From Gammaproteobacteria bacterium (lineage in GTDB: Bacteria; Pseudomonadota; Gammaproteobacteria; JACKNK01), in contig JBMYTL010000002.1 in assembly GCA_049604295.1 (NCBI GenBank), positions 4,659-68,658 of the forward strand: a DNA stretch of 64,000 nucleotides, in the 5' to 3' direction. The notes beneath the pieces are model-generated. The model did no database searches and was not told the DNA's origin. It was given only the letters and a program-made list of their open reading frames with translations. How positions within the stretch are numbered: the stretch's first letter is position 1; each line of letters begins with the position of its first letter. The position numbers and the translations under genes are program-made. Shown piece after piece: positions 40,658 to 48,857 of the stretch.

Positions 40658-41572
40658 ATGAATCTTCGCGACCTGCGCTACCTCATCGCCGTATCGGAAC
40701 ATAAACATTTCGGCCACGCCGCTGATGCGTGCTTCGTCAGCCAGCCCACCCTGAGTGGCCAGATCAAGAAGCTCGAGGAATCGTTGGGCGTCAAGGTGTT
40801 TGAGCGGACCAACAGGTCCGTGGAAATTACCCCGGTAGGACAGCGCATCCTGGTCCATGCGCGACGTGCCATCGAACAGGCCGAAATGATTGAGGCGGTG
40901 GCGAAGGCCCACCAGGACCCGCTGGCCGGTCCGCTCCGATTGGGCGTCATTCCGACCCTGGGTCCGTATGTGGCGCCCCTGCTGCTGGTGCCGCTGCGAC
41001 GTTCGTACCCGCAGATGCGCCTGATCCTGTCTGAACAGGTGACTGAGACGACATTGCACCTGTTACGCCGTCACGAAATAGACGTTGCGCTCATTGCGAC
41101 GCCCATCGATGACCCGGATCTCGTGGCCCGGCCCTTGTTCGATGAGCCCTTCTGGCTGGCGCATCCCCGCGATCATGTCCTTTATACGGCGGACGAGGTG
41201 CGTGCGACGGATATCCCCGACGACGAACTGCTGTTGCTGGACGATGGCCATTGCCTGTCGCGGCAGGTGATGGAGGTGTGTTCGTTGCACGAAGGGGAAT
41301 CCGGCGCCTTCGGAGACTTGCGGGCAGCGAGCCTTGAGACCCTGATCCAGATGGTCGGTGCCGGATTCGGCTGCACCCTGGTTCCCGCCCTGGCCTTGCG
41401 CAGTTCCTGGACCACCGACGCCGGGGTGATTGTGCGTCCGTTGGAGGACAAGGATGCGTTTCGCCGAATCTCACTGGTCAGTCGCGCAAGCTTCCCCCGT
41501 CCCGAGGCCGTCAATGCGGTCGCTGAGGCGCTGCTGGCCCAGTTGCCCAACACGGTGAAGGTGATCGAATGA
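40658..41572 (+). CDS. oxyR: LysR-family hydrogen peroxide sensor OxyR
   Basis: HTH N-terminus (LRYLIAVSEHKHFGHAADACFVSQPTLSGQIKKLE) and the redox Cys pair context LLLLDDGHCLSRQVMEVC, equivalent to OxyR C199/C208. Confidence 0.85.
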   Translation: MNLRDLRYLIAVSEHKHFGHAADACFVSQPTLSGQIKKLEESLGVKVFERTNRSVEITPVGQRILVHARRAIEQAEMIEAVAKAHQDPLAGPLRLGVIPTLGPYVAPLLLVPLRRSYPQMRLILSEQVTETTLHLLRRHEIDVALIATPIDDPDLVARPLFDEPFWLAHPRDHVLYTADEVRATDIPDDELLLLDDGHCLSRQVMEVCSLHEGESGAFGDLRAASLETLIQMVGAGFGCTLVPALALRSSWTTDAGVIVRPLEDKDAFRRISLVSRASFPRPEAVNAVAEALLAQLPNTVKVIE

Positions 41573-41596
41573 TCGACCGATGGGTTGTTGCGCCCA

Positions 41597-42175
41597 TCAC
41601 TCGGCGAGCAGTTCCCTCACTTGCGTTTCGATCGCGCTGGCGTTGCGGTCGCCTGCGTGGGTTTCTCCGATGAAGCGGCCGCGGATACGCCCCTGTTTGT
41701 CCACCAGGTAGAAGGCGGGCCAGTAGCGGTTGTTGAGTGCGTTCCAGTAGCCGAAGTCGTTGTCCATCATGATCGGGTGATGCAGTTCAAACTCGTGGAC
41801 CTTCTGTTCGACGTTGGGCCGCTTGTGTTCGTGCCGGAACTCGGGGGTGTGGATTCCAATCACCGTCAGTCCCTTGTCGCCGTAACGTGCCTCCAGGGAA
41901 TTGAGCCACGGGAAGGAGCGATAGCAGTTCCAGCAGTCGAAGGTCCAGACGTCGAGGAGAACGACCTGTCCGCGCAGGTCATCCCAGGTCAGCGGCCCGC
42001 TGTTGATCCAGGCCTCGGGACTTGTCTGGGTGAACGGCGGGGCAACCGACGGAGGTGAGGATGCCCGGGCCGTGGGCGACAGACCCGGAGGTGTGGGTAA
42101 CAGGGTGAGCACGGTGAGCAGGACGAACGCACCCATGAGCAGGTAACGCAATGGACGAGGTATACGGGCGAGCAT
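41597..42175 (-). CDS. thioredoxin-fold redoxin (TlpA/DipZ C-terminal-like), membrane-anchored or exported
   Basis: An N-terminal hydrophobic helix and a CxxC motif in WTFDCWNCYRS. ORF 41597..42208; the ATG at 42175 is preferred. Confidence 0.78.
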   Translation of the reverse strand: MLARIPRPLRYLLMGAFVLLTVLTLLPTPPGLSPTARASSPPSVAPPFTQTSPEAWINSGPLTWDDLRGQVVLLDVWTFDCWNCYRSFPWLNSLEARYGDKGLTVIGIHTPEFRHEHKRPNVEQKVHEFELHHPIMMDNDFGYWNALNNRYWPAFYLVDKQGRIRGRFIGETHAGDRNASAIETQVRELLAE

Positions 42176-42324
42176 GGCAGCACCGGATCGTGACTGTGGG
42201 TCCCACATCAGACCGGAGAACGGCCCGAACCCTTACAGATCGCGGTGGTCGCCGAACCTTCCCGGCCGTTCCAATCAGGTATCCTTCCCGGCCCGCATGC
42301 AACTCCTGAAGACGCGCTCTATCC

Positions 42325-43434
42325 ATGTCCGGTAATTCCTACGGCAAACTGTTCACGGTCACCACCTTTGGTGAGTCCCATGGTCATTCCCTGGGGGCCA
42401 TCGTCGATGGCTGTCCTCCCGGGCTGCCGCTGACGGAGGAAGACCTGCAGCTTGACCTCGACCGGCGTAAGCCGGGCACGTCGCGGCATACCACCCAAAG
42501 GCGGGAGGATGACCGAGTGAAGATCGTCTCCGGCGTCTTCGAAGGGGTGACGACCGGTACGCCCATCGGCTTGTTGATCCAGAACACCGATCAACGCTCC
42601 AAGGATTACTCCAACATCATGGATACCTTCCGGCCCGGCCACGCGGACTACAGCTACCGCCACAAGTACGGGGTACGGGACTATCGCGGTGGCGGCAGGT
42701 CGTCGGCCCGCGAGACCGCTGTGCGGGTCGCAGCCGGGGGGGTGGCCAAGAAGTGGCTGCGTGAGCGGATGGGGATCGAAATCCGCGGCTATATGGCCCA
42801 ACTCGGGCCTATCGCCCTGGAACTGAAGGATTGGGATGCGGTGGAGAACAATGCCTTCTTCTGCCCTGACCCGGGGAAGGTTCCTGAGTTGGAGCAGTAC
42901 ATGGATGAGTTGCGCTCCGAGGGGAACTCGGTGGGGGCGCGCATCAACGTGGTTGCAACCGGGGTGCCGCCGGGGTGGGGCGAGCCGATCTTTGATCGCC
43001 TCGATGCGGACATTGCCCACGCCATGATGAGTATCAATGCCGTGAAGGGCGTCGAGATCGGCGCGGGGTTCGATTGCGTGGCGCAGAAGGGCACGGAGCA
43101 TCGCGATGAGATCACGCCCGAAGGTTTTCTCAGCAACAATGCAGGCGGTGTGTTGGGTGGGATTTCCAGCGGCCAGGACATTCTGGTGAGCATGGCCCTC
43201 AAGCCCACCTCTTCGATCCGTATCCCGGGGCGCTCCGTGGACACCAAAGGTCAACCCATCGAAGTGGTGACGAAGGGGCGTCATGATCCCTGCGTCGGTA
43301 TCCGTGCGACGCCCATCGCGGAGGCCATGCTGGCCATGGTGCTTATGGACCACTGCCTGCGCCAGCGCGGACAGAATGGCGATGTCGAGGTCGATACCCC
43401 GGTAATTCCGCCGCGCCCGCTCGGGGCGGGCTGA
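42325..43434 (+). CDS. aroC: chorismate synthase
   Basis: [20 protein letters not shown], with the rest of the sequence also typical of AroC; 369 aa. Confidence 0.96.
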   Translation: MSGNSYGKLFTVTTFGESHGHSLGAIVDGCPPGLPLTEEDLQLDLDRRKPGTSRHTTQRREDDRVKIVSGVFEGVTTGTPIGLLIQNTDQRSKDYSNIMDTFRPGHADYSYRHKYGVRDYRGGGRSSARETAVRVAAGGVAKKWLRERMGIEIRGYMAQLGPIALELKDWDAVENNAFFCPDPGKVPELEQYMDELRSEGNSVGARINVVATGVPPGWGEPIFDRLDADIAHAMMSINAVKGVEIGAGFDCVAQKGTEHRDEITPEGFLSNNAGGVLGGISSGQDILVSMALKPTSSIRIPGRSVDTKGQPIEVVTKGRHDPCVGIRATPIAEAMLAMVLMDHCLRQRGQNGDVEVDTPVIPPRPLGAG

Positions 43435-43459
43435 GGCCCGGCCTGCCGCGTTTTTCTTC

Positions 43460-44626
43460 GTGTCCGCGCCCGTTCCGTATTGGCGGCTGTCCAATTTCTA
43501 CCTGCTTTACTTCGGTACCTTGGGGGCCTTGCTGCCCTATTGGGCGGTGCTGCTGAAAGACCGTGGATTCGCCGCCAACGAGATCGGTGAACTCATGGCC
43601 CTGCTCGTGGGGACCAAGATCATCGCGCCCAATATCTGGGGCTGGGTCGCCGACCACACGGGTTGGCACATGCGCCTGGTGCGCCATGGCTCCCTGGCGG
43701 CCATGCTCAGCTTCGCGGCGGTTTTCTTCGTGGACGGTTATTGGTCCATGGCCGCGGTCATGGTGGTGTTCAGTTTCTTCTGGAACGCCGTGCTGCCCCA
43801 GTTCGAGGCCGTCACCTTGAACCACCTGGGTTCGGAGACACACCGCTATGCGCGCATCCGCCTATGGGGCTCTGTGGGTTTCATCCTCACGGTCGTGGTT
43901 GCCGGCGCGCTTCTCGATCTCTGGGGCGCGGGCACGCTGCCCTGGGTTCTTCTGTTTCTTTTCGCCGGGATATGGCTCAGCAGTCTGCCGGTCTCGGAGG
44001 TTGGTGATGGGCCCGTCGCACCGGTCAGCGGATCGATTCTGGGTGTCTTACGTCGTCCGGAGGTGATCGCCCTGCTGGTGGTGGTGTTCCTGTTGCAGGC
44101 CAGCCATAGCCCGTACTACATCTTCTATACCCTGTACCTGGAAGCGCATGGATACAGCCACTCGGTAATCGGGCCGCTCTGGGCCCTTGGCGTGGTCGCG
44201 GAGATCGGTCTGTTCCTGGTGATGGGCCCACTCATGGCACGGCTGGGGGCACGCGGCTTGATGGTCGTGGCCCTGGCCCTGACCGCGCTGCGTTGGCTCA
44301 TGATCGGGGCCTGGCCGGACAGTCTGCTCAATCTCGTCATTGCGCAGTTGCTGCACGCGGCAAGTTTCGGCGTGGTGCATGCGGTCGCCATACACCTGAC
44401 CCACCGATTCTTCCGTGGCCGCCATCAGAGTCGCGGCCAGGCACTGTATAGCTCGGTGAGTTTCGGAGCCGGTGGTGCCGTGGGTAACCTGGTCAGCGGC
44501 TACCTGTGGGATTCGGAGGGGCCTTTTACCGTTTACGCGATTGCCGCCGGGGTGGCGACGCTGGCCATGCTGGTGGCGGTCATCAGTCTCCATGATCGTG
44601 ATCCGGTGCCCCGTCCATCTGAATAA
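43460..44626 (+). CDS. MFS transporter (HcaT/PPP-family-like)
   Basis: 388 aa with about 12 predicted transmembrane segments. The N-terminus YWRLSNFYLLYFGTLGALLPYW is typical of MFS_1_like/PPP-family transporters. Confidence 0.82.
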   Translation: MSAPVPYWRLSNFYLLYFGTLGALLPYWAVLLKDRGFAANEIGELMALLVGTKIIAPNIWGWVADHTGWHMRLVRHGSLAAMLSFAAVFFVDGYWSMAAVMVVFSFFWNAVLPQFEAVTLNHLGSETHRYARIRLWGSVGFILTVVVAGALLDLWGAGTLPWVLLFLFAGIWLSSLPVSEVGDGPVAPVSGSILGVLRRPEVIALLVVVFLLQASHSPYYIFYTLYLEAHGYSHSVIGPLWALGVVAEIGLFLVMGPLMARLGARGLMVVALALTALRWLMIGAWPDSLLNLVIAQLLHAASFGVVHAVAIHLTHRFFRGRHQSRGQALYSSVSFGAGGAVGNLVSGYLWDSEGPFTVYAIAAGVATLAMLVAVISLHDRDPVPRPSE

Positions 44627-44779
44627 TGCGCCGTGCAATCCCGGGCCACTGCCCCGTTACGCGGTGGATTTCTGGTCGCGCTGACCCGGGCGGATATGGC
44701 CCAAAGGGGATATGGCGGTGCCGATCCAGTTCATTAGTGTGTGCGCAACTGCTAATCCGTCTCCAATGGACGTGCCTGC

Positions 44780-45040
44780 ATGAGCTCAGCTGTCTACGCA
44801 CTTTCCGGACTGCATCACATTCTCACCCCGACCGAGTCAGTTCCCGGTCGGCGCGTCGAATTGGCCATCGAGGCGATCTGTGCTTTGGGCTGTCAGGAAG
44901 TGCACGGTGTCATCCAGCGCATGGAAAGTGGCGAGCATGTCGCCGAGACCGCCGGCTTGAGTGTGATCGAGCGCGAGCGGGTGCTGGATGAGATCAAGGA
45001 TGTCATGTCTGTCTACGGTAACCGCTGCGCCCTGCGGTGA
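44780..45040 (+). CDS. small hypothetical protein (86 aa, 3 Cys)
   Basis: ATG-initiated ORF with acceptable codon bias in an otherwise empty 600-bp gap upstream of moaD. No family recognised. Confidence 0.4.
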   Translation: MSSAVYALSGLHHILTPTESVPGRRVELAIEAICALGCQEVHGVIQRMESGEHVAETAGLSVIERERVLDEIKDVMSVYGNRCALR

Positions 45041-45224
45041 TACCGCATGTCGATTCTTCCCATTAGCACGGCCGGGGCACGCAAGCGGATACCGAACGTG
45101 TCGCGCTCCCGAAACATCTTGGTCGTGCGCCCCACGTACACGCCCCATCGTTGATGCCAGGTGGCATACGCTACCGATTCTGGTAAAACCCCCGGGTTTG
45201 ACTTCCCAGGTTGTGTATACGCCG

Positions 45225-45479
45225 ATGCCCGTCACCGTTCGCTATTTCGCCAGTCTTCGGGAGCGTCTGGGTACCGATTCCGAATCCCTGTCCATCGACG
45301 ACTCAGCGACGACAGTCGGAGCAGTACACGAGCGGCTCATGGAGCGCGGCGGGGTCTGGTCCGAGGCGTTCGGCTCAGGGCGGGTGCTTAGTGCAATCAA
45401 CCACGAAATGGCAGCACCTGATTCGGAAGTCGTCGACGGGGACGAAGTGGCGTTCTTTCCGCCCGTGACCGGCGGATAG
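45225..45479 (+). CDS. moaD: molybdopterin synthase sulfur-carrier subunit
   Basis: 84 aa; begins VRYFASLRE and ends FFPPVTGG (C-terminal Gly-Gly). moaE starts 2 nt downstream. Confidence 0.88.
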   Translation: MPVTVRYFASLRERLGTDSESLSIDDSATTVGAVHERLMERGGVWSEAFGSGRVLSAINHEMAAPDSEVVDGDEVAFFPPVTGG

Positions 45480-45481
45480 CC

Positions 45482-45949
45482 ATGCAGGAACGTTTTCAGG
45501 TGCGGGTGCAGAACGGTGCCTTCGACCTTGGGGCGGAGTGTGAGCGCATGCGCTTGGCCGATGCCGGCATCGGCGCCATTGCCTCCTTCGTCGGCGTGGT
45601 GCGCGAACTGAACGATGGTGTCGGGGTCAATGCACTCGAACTCGAACACTACCCGGGTATGACCGAGAAGGTTATCGAGGGCATTGTCGATGAGGCCCGC
45701 TCCCGTTGGCCTCTGAATTCGGCTCTCGTGGTGCACCGGGTGGGGCTCCTGCGGCCGACCGATCCCATTGTTCTCGTGATCTGTACCTCCGCGCATCGCG
45801 CGGCGGCCTTCGAGTCCTGCGCTTTCATCATGGATTTCCTCAAGACCCGGGCGCCGTTCTGGAAAAAGGAGTCCACGCCGGATGGCGCGCGCTGGGTGGA
45901 GGCGCGCGATTCCGATAGTGCGGCGGCCCGCGGTTGGGAAGGCAAGTGA
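45482..45949 (+). CDS. moaE: molybdopterin synthase catalytic subunit
   Basis: 155 aa with the FVGVVRE, LEHYPGM and FWKKE motifs typical of MoaE. Confidence 0.92.
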   Translation: MQERFQVRVQNGAFDLGAECERMRLADAGIGAIASFVGVVRELNDGVGVNALELEHYPGMTEKVIEGIVDEARSRWPLNSALVVHRVGLLRPTDPIVLVICTSAHRAAAFESCAFIMDFLKTRAPFWKKESTPDGARWVEARDSDSAAARGWEGK

Positions 45950-46803
45950 GTACCCGCGGCGGGTGGCGGTTCTACGTCGCGCTGACTTTCTTTTCGATCT
46001 GCTGGGTATTCACCGCGCCAAGGGCAATGGCCGAAGAGGGGCCGCAACTGCCAGGGCTTTCCCATACCGTGGAGATTGCCGCGCCCATGCTCAAGGACGG
46101 CAAGCTTTTCCTGCGTAGAGGCACCGGAATACTGATCGGGCCGCGCACGGTTCTGACCGCCGCGCATACGGTGTTGTCCGTGTACGACGCCGATACCGGA
46201 TCGCTGCTGGAGGGGGTGCCATTGGATCGTGTCACGGTGAGCAGATCGTCCAGCGGCGCAAAGTCCGCGGTGTCGGGGCGGTCGGTATACATCCACGATT
46301 CAATTCCCCTGTCCCAAAAGGCGGATGTAATGGCGGTGTCTGACCAGGATCTGGGGCGTTATCTCCGCGATCTTGCGGGTATCTACGATGTGGCGGTCAT
46401 CGGTCTGAATGAGCCTCTGGGGTCAAGCAGTGAGCGCTACCCGGCCATCACCGGGAGTCATCCCAGGGTTCTGGGGCAATACCGCTTCACCGGAATCAAC
46501 CTGCGTGATGACGCGGTCAGTGATTTTGCACCCTTCGCCCTATCCACCATTGTGACCCGTCTCACCCGCTTCGCCGTCGCGGCGCGGATCAGCTATGACG
46601 GTGCGCTTCGGCGTCACCGCACCCGCGCGGGAGATTCCGGTGGCCCCCTCTACAGCAGTGACGCGGATGGAACCGTCACCGTATTCGGTGTGGCCACCTC
46701 CAGTCGCTCCAATGTCTACGGCGTCTGGGTTGAGTCCGTGTATACGCGGCTGGACGGTATTCGCGAATGGGTACTCCAGCACCGTGATGGGATCGAGGGC
46801 TGA
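45946..46803 (+). CDS. secreted trypsin-like (S1 family) serine protease
   Basis: A signal peptide (FFSICWVFTAPRAMA), a His context (VLTAAHTV) and a Ser context (AGDSGGPL). The GTG at 45946 overlaps the moaE stop (GTGA); the track ORF starts with TTG at 45934. Confidence 0.8.
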   Translation: MSTRGGWRFYVALTFFSICWVFTAPRAMAEEGPQLPGLSHTVEIAAPMLKDGKLFLRRGTGILIGPRTVLTAAHTVLSVYDADTGSLLEGVPLDRVTVSRSSSGAKSAVSGRSVYIHDSIPLSQKADVMAVSDQDLGRYLRDLAGIYDVAVIGLNEPLGSSSERYPAITGSHPRVLGQYRFTGINLRDDAVSDFAPFALSTIVTRLTRFAVAARISYDGALRRHRTRAGDSGGPLYSSDADGTVTVFGVATSSRSNVYGVWVESVYTRLDGIREWVLQHRDGIEG

Positions 46804-46836
46804 CTCCCCACCCGGGGGGGCAGTGACGCACCCAGC

Positions 46837-47649
46837 TCAGGTTTCAATCGGTGTGTCACCGCGATTCCCCCATTCCGACCAGGCGCCGGCATATCCACGA
46901 ACCCGTGGGTAGCCCAGGCTGGTCAGAACCATCCAGGTGTGGGACGACCGGTGATGGGTTTGGCAGTACGTGATGACTTCTTTGTCCGGGCTGATCCCCA
47001 CGTCCGCGAGCAGGCCCTTGATCGCGGGCGCCGGTAGTAGGCGTAGATTGCGCTCCTGATCCATAAAGCGCGTCCACTCAATGTTGACTGCTCCGGGAAT
47101 ATGTCCTGAGCGAGCGGCGTAACGTTGGCTGCCGATGAATTCACCCGGCGAGCGCGAGTCAAGCAGGGCGATATCCGAACGTTCGAGACGGGCGAGGAGG
47201 TCGTCAATGGCGATGTGGGCCGGACCGAAGCCGCGCACCTCGAAGCGCGATTCGGTGGGGCGGTTGGGCGTTTGCTCGAGGGGATGAGCCTCATTGGCCC
47301 AGGCGTGCAGACCGCCATTGAGAAGCGAATAACGGGTGTGCCCGATGGTTTCCAAGGTCCATAGCAGGCGCGATGCGTTGCCGCCGCCTTCGTCGTCGTA
47401 GGCCACCACATGCAGGTCGCGACGCAGGCCGAGAGCCGACAGGCGGGCACCGAGGTCTTCCGGGCTGGGGAGCAGGCCTGGAGCCGGGCGGCGGCCGAGG
47501 GTGAGTTGGCTGTAGTACATGTGGATAGCCCCCGGAATGTGGGCCTGGGCATAAGTCGACGGTCGGCTGAGATCGACAATCAGCACATCGGGGCGGCCCA
47601 GTGCCTCCTCCAGCGCCTCCGGCTCCAGCAAACGGGGCAGGGCATCCAT
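46837..47649 (-). CDS. tandem-rhodanese sulfurtransferase (thiosulfate/3-mercaptopyruvate type)
   Basis: Two rhodanese domains with the active-site loop YCQTHHRSSH in the C-terminal domain; 270 aa. Confidence 0.87.
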   Translation of the reverse strand: MDALPRLLEPEALEEALGRPDVLIVDLSRPSTYAQAHIPGAIHMYYSQLTLGRRPAPGLLPSPEDLGARLSALGLRRDLHVVAYDDEGGGNASRLLWTLETIGHTRYSLLNGGLHAWANEAHPLEQTPNRPTESRFEVRGFGPAHIAIDDLLARLERSDIALLDSRSPGEFIGSQRYAARSGHIPGAVNIEWTRFMDQERNLRLLPAPAIKGLLADVGISPDKEVITYCQTHHRSSHTWMVLTSLGYPRVRGYAGAWSEWGNRGDTPIET

Positions 47650-47651
47650 GA

Positions 47652-48722
47652 TCAGAGCCCGGCGTACAGACGGCCGGGGTTGAGGATGCCGAGGGGATCC
47701 ATGGCCGCCTTGAGCTTGCGGTGGAGGACAAGGGTCGCCGGGGCGGGAAGATGGAAAACGTCGTCGTTACGGTTGCCGCCCCGGAACGCGGTCGCGTGGC
47801 CACCCATGGCAACGGCAGCGGGCCTCAGGACGTCCGCTCCCGCCGGACCGCGATACCAGCGCTGACTGCCCCCCCAGTCCAGCAGATAGCTTCCTTCAAT
47901 TTCTGGTTGAGGGCGGGAGCCGCCCACGGACAGGCGCCAGAGCGGCGCGTTGCCGGAGAAGAACGGCAGGGTATGGTCACGCAGGTCATGCCACCACCGG
48001 TTGTCGCCATCCTGGCGCTCGCCTCCGAGCTTGGTCACCGCCGTTGATACGGCGGACTCGAATCCGGAGAGGCGGATTCGGAGGACACCATCGACCCATG
48101 CCGCGGCGGAAAGCGGCACGGCCTGGCCCGCCCAACCGTTCATGTGGTCCAGGGCTTGTGGCGCGTCACATTCGAAGGACAAGGTGACTTCGGAGCGCGG
48201 AGCGGGAAGCAGTTTGATGGAGATGTCGAGCAACACACCGAGCGTGCCCATCGCCCCGACCATGAGTCTTGATAGGTCGTAGCCCGCGACATTCTTGATC
48301 ACCTTTCCGCCGAATCTCAGGTCCTCGCCCTTGCCGTTGATGATCCGCGTGCCGAGCACCAGATCGCGAACGGCCCCGGCATAAGGACGACGCGGGCCGG
48401 ACAGACCGCACGCGACAATCCCCCCCAGCGTGCCGCATGGATTCTCAGAACCACCGAAGTGGGGGGGGTCGAAGGGGAGAATCTGCCCCGCCTCGGCGAC
48501 CGCTTGTTCGAGAGTGTCCAGAGGGGTGCCCGCACGGGCGGTCAGGACGAGTTCCCCCGGCTGGTAGTCGATGATGCCCGAGTGCCCTGAAACATCCAGG
48601 GGCACGCCGGTCGCTGAGCGGCCGTAAAAGGTCTTCGAGCCCGCCCCACGAATGTCCAGGACGCATTCGTCCCGGTAGGCGGCGAGTACGGATTCGCGCA
48701 GCGCAGCGCTCAGGTCAGCCAT
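47652..48722 (-). CDS. glcE: glycolate oxidase FAD-binding subunit GlcE-like
   Basis: FAD-binding PCMH-type domain (GAGSKTFYG..., IKNVAGYDLSRLMVGAMGTLGVL); 356 aa. Confidence 0.83.
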   Translation of the reverse strand: MADLSAALRESVLAAYRDECVLDIRGAGSKTFYGRSATGVPLDVSGHSGIIDYQPGELVLTARAGTPLDTLEQAVAEAGQILPFDPPHFGGSENPCGTLGGIVACGLSGPRRPYAGAVRDLVLGTRIINGKGEDLRFGGKVIKNVAGYDLSRLMVGAMGTLGVLLDISIKLLPAPRSEVTLSFECDAPQALDHMNGWAGQAVPLSAAAWVDGVLRIRLSGFESAVSTAVTKLGGERQDGDNRWWHDLRDHTLPFFSGNAPLWRLSVGGSRPQPEIEGSYLLDWGGSQRWYRGPAGADVLRPAAVAMGGHATAFRGGNRNDDVFHLPAPATLVLHRKLKAAMDPLGILNPGRLYAGL

Positions 48723-48820
48723 GGGGGCAATAGGGCCGTAATTCAGTCATGGGCGCACGGTAGCCCGGAGGGGCCCGACAGTCACCTCTCACGAGGCGGG
48801 GAACCTCGCAAACCGGAGGA

Positions 48821-48846
48821 AGCGCCTCACCTTGGGGCGAGGCGCT
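48821..48846 (-). terminator. hairpin downstream of the DeaD-like gene (weak terminator candidate)
   Basis: On the minus strand an AGCGCCTC / GAGGCGCT 8-bp stem with a 10-nt loop is followed by a U-poor tail (TCCTCCGGTTT). Confidence 0.35.
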
Positions 48847-48857
48847 CCGTGGCCGCT

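Noticed and set aside
39569-41059. 496-aa minus-strand ORF spanning Anbu and the start of oxyR
   Set aside because: It is antisense to two well-supported genes and bridges an intergenic region. It is Arg/Gly/His-rich with no domain signature.
42319-43494. 391-aa minus-strand ORF
   Set aside because: It is antisense to aroC, a shadow ORF.
45041-45224. Possible Moco riboswitch upstream of moaD
   Set aside because: I could not find the conserved Moco-motif core or a convincing multi-stem fold by eye. It needs a covariance-model scan before any claim is made.
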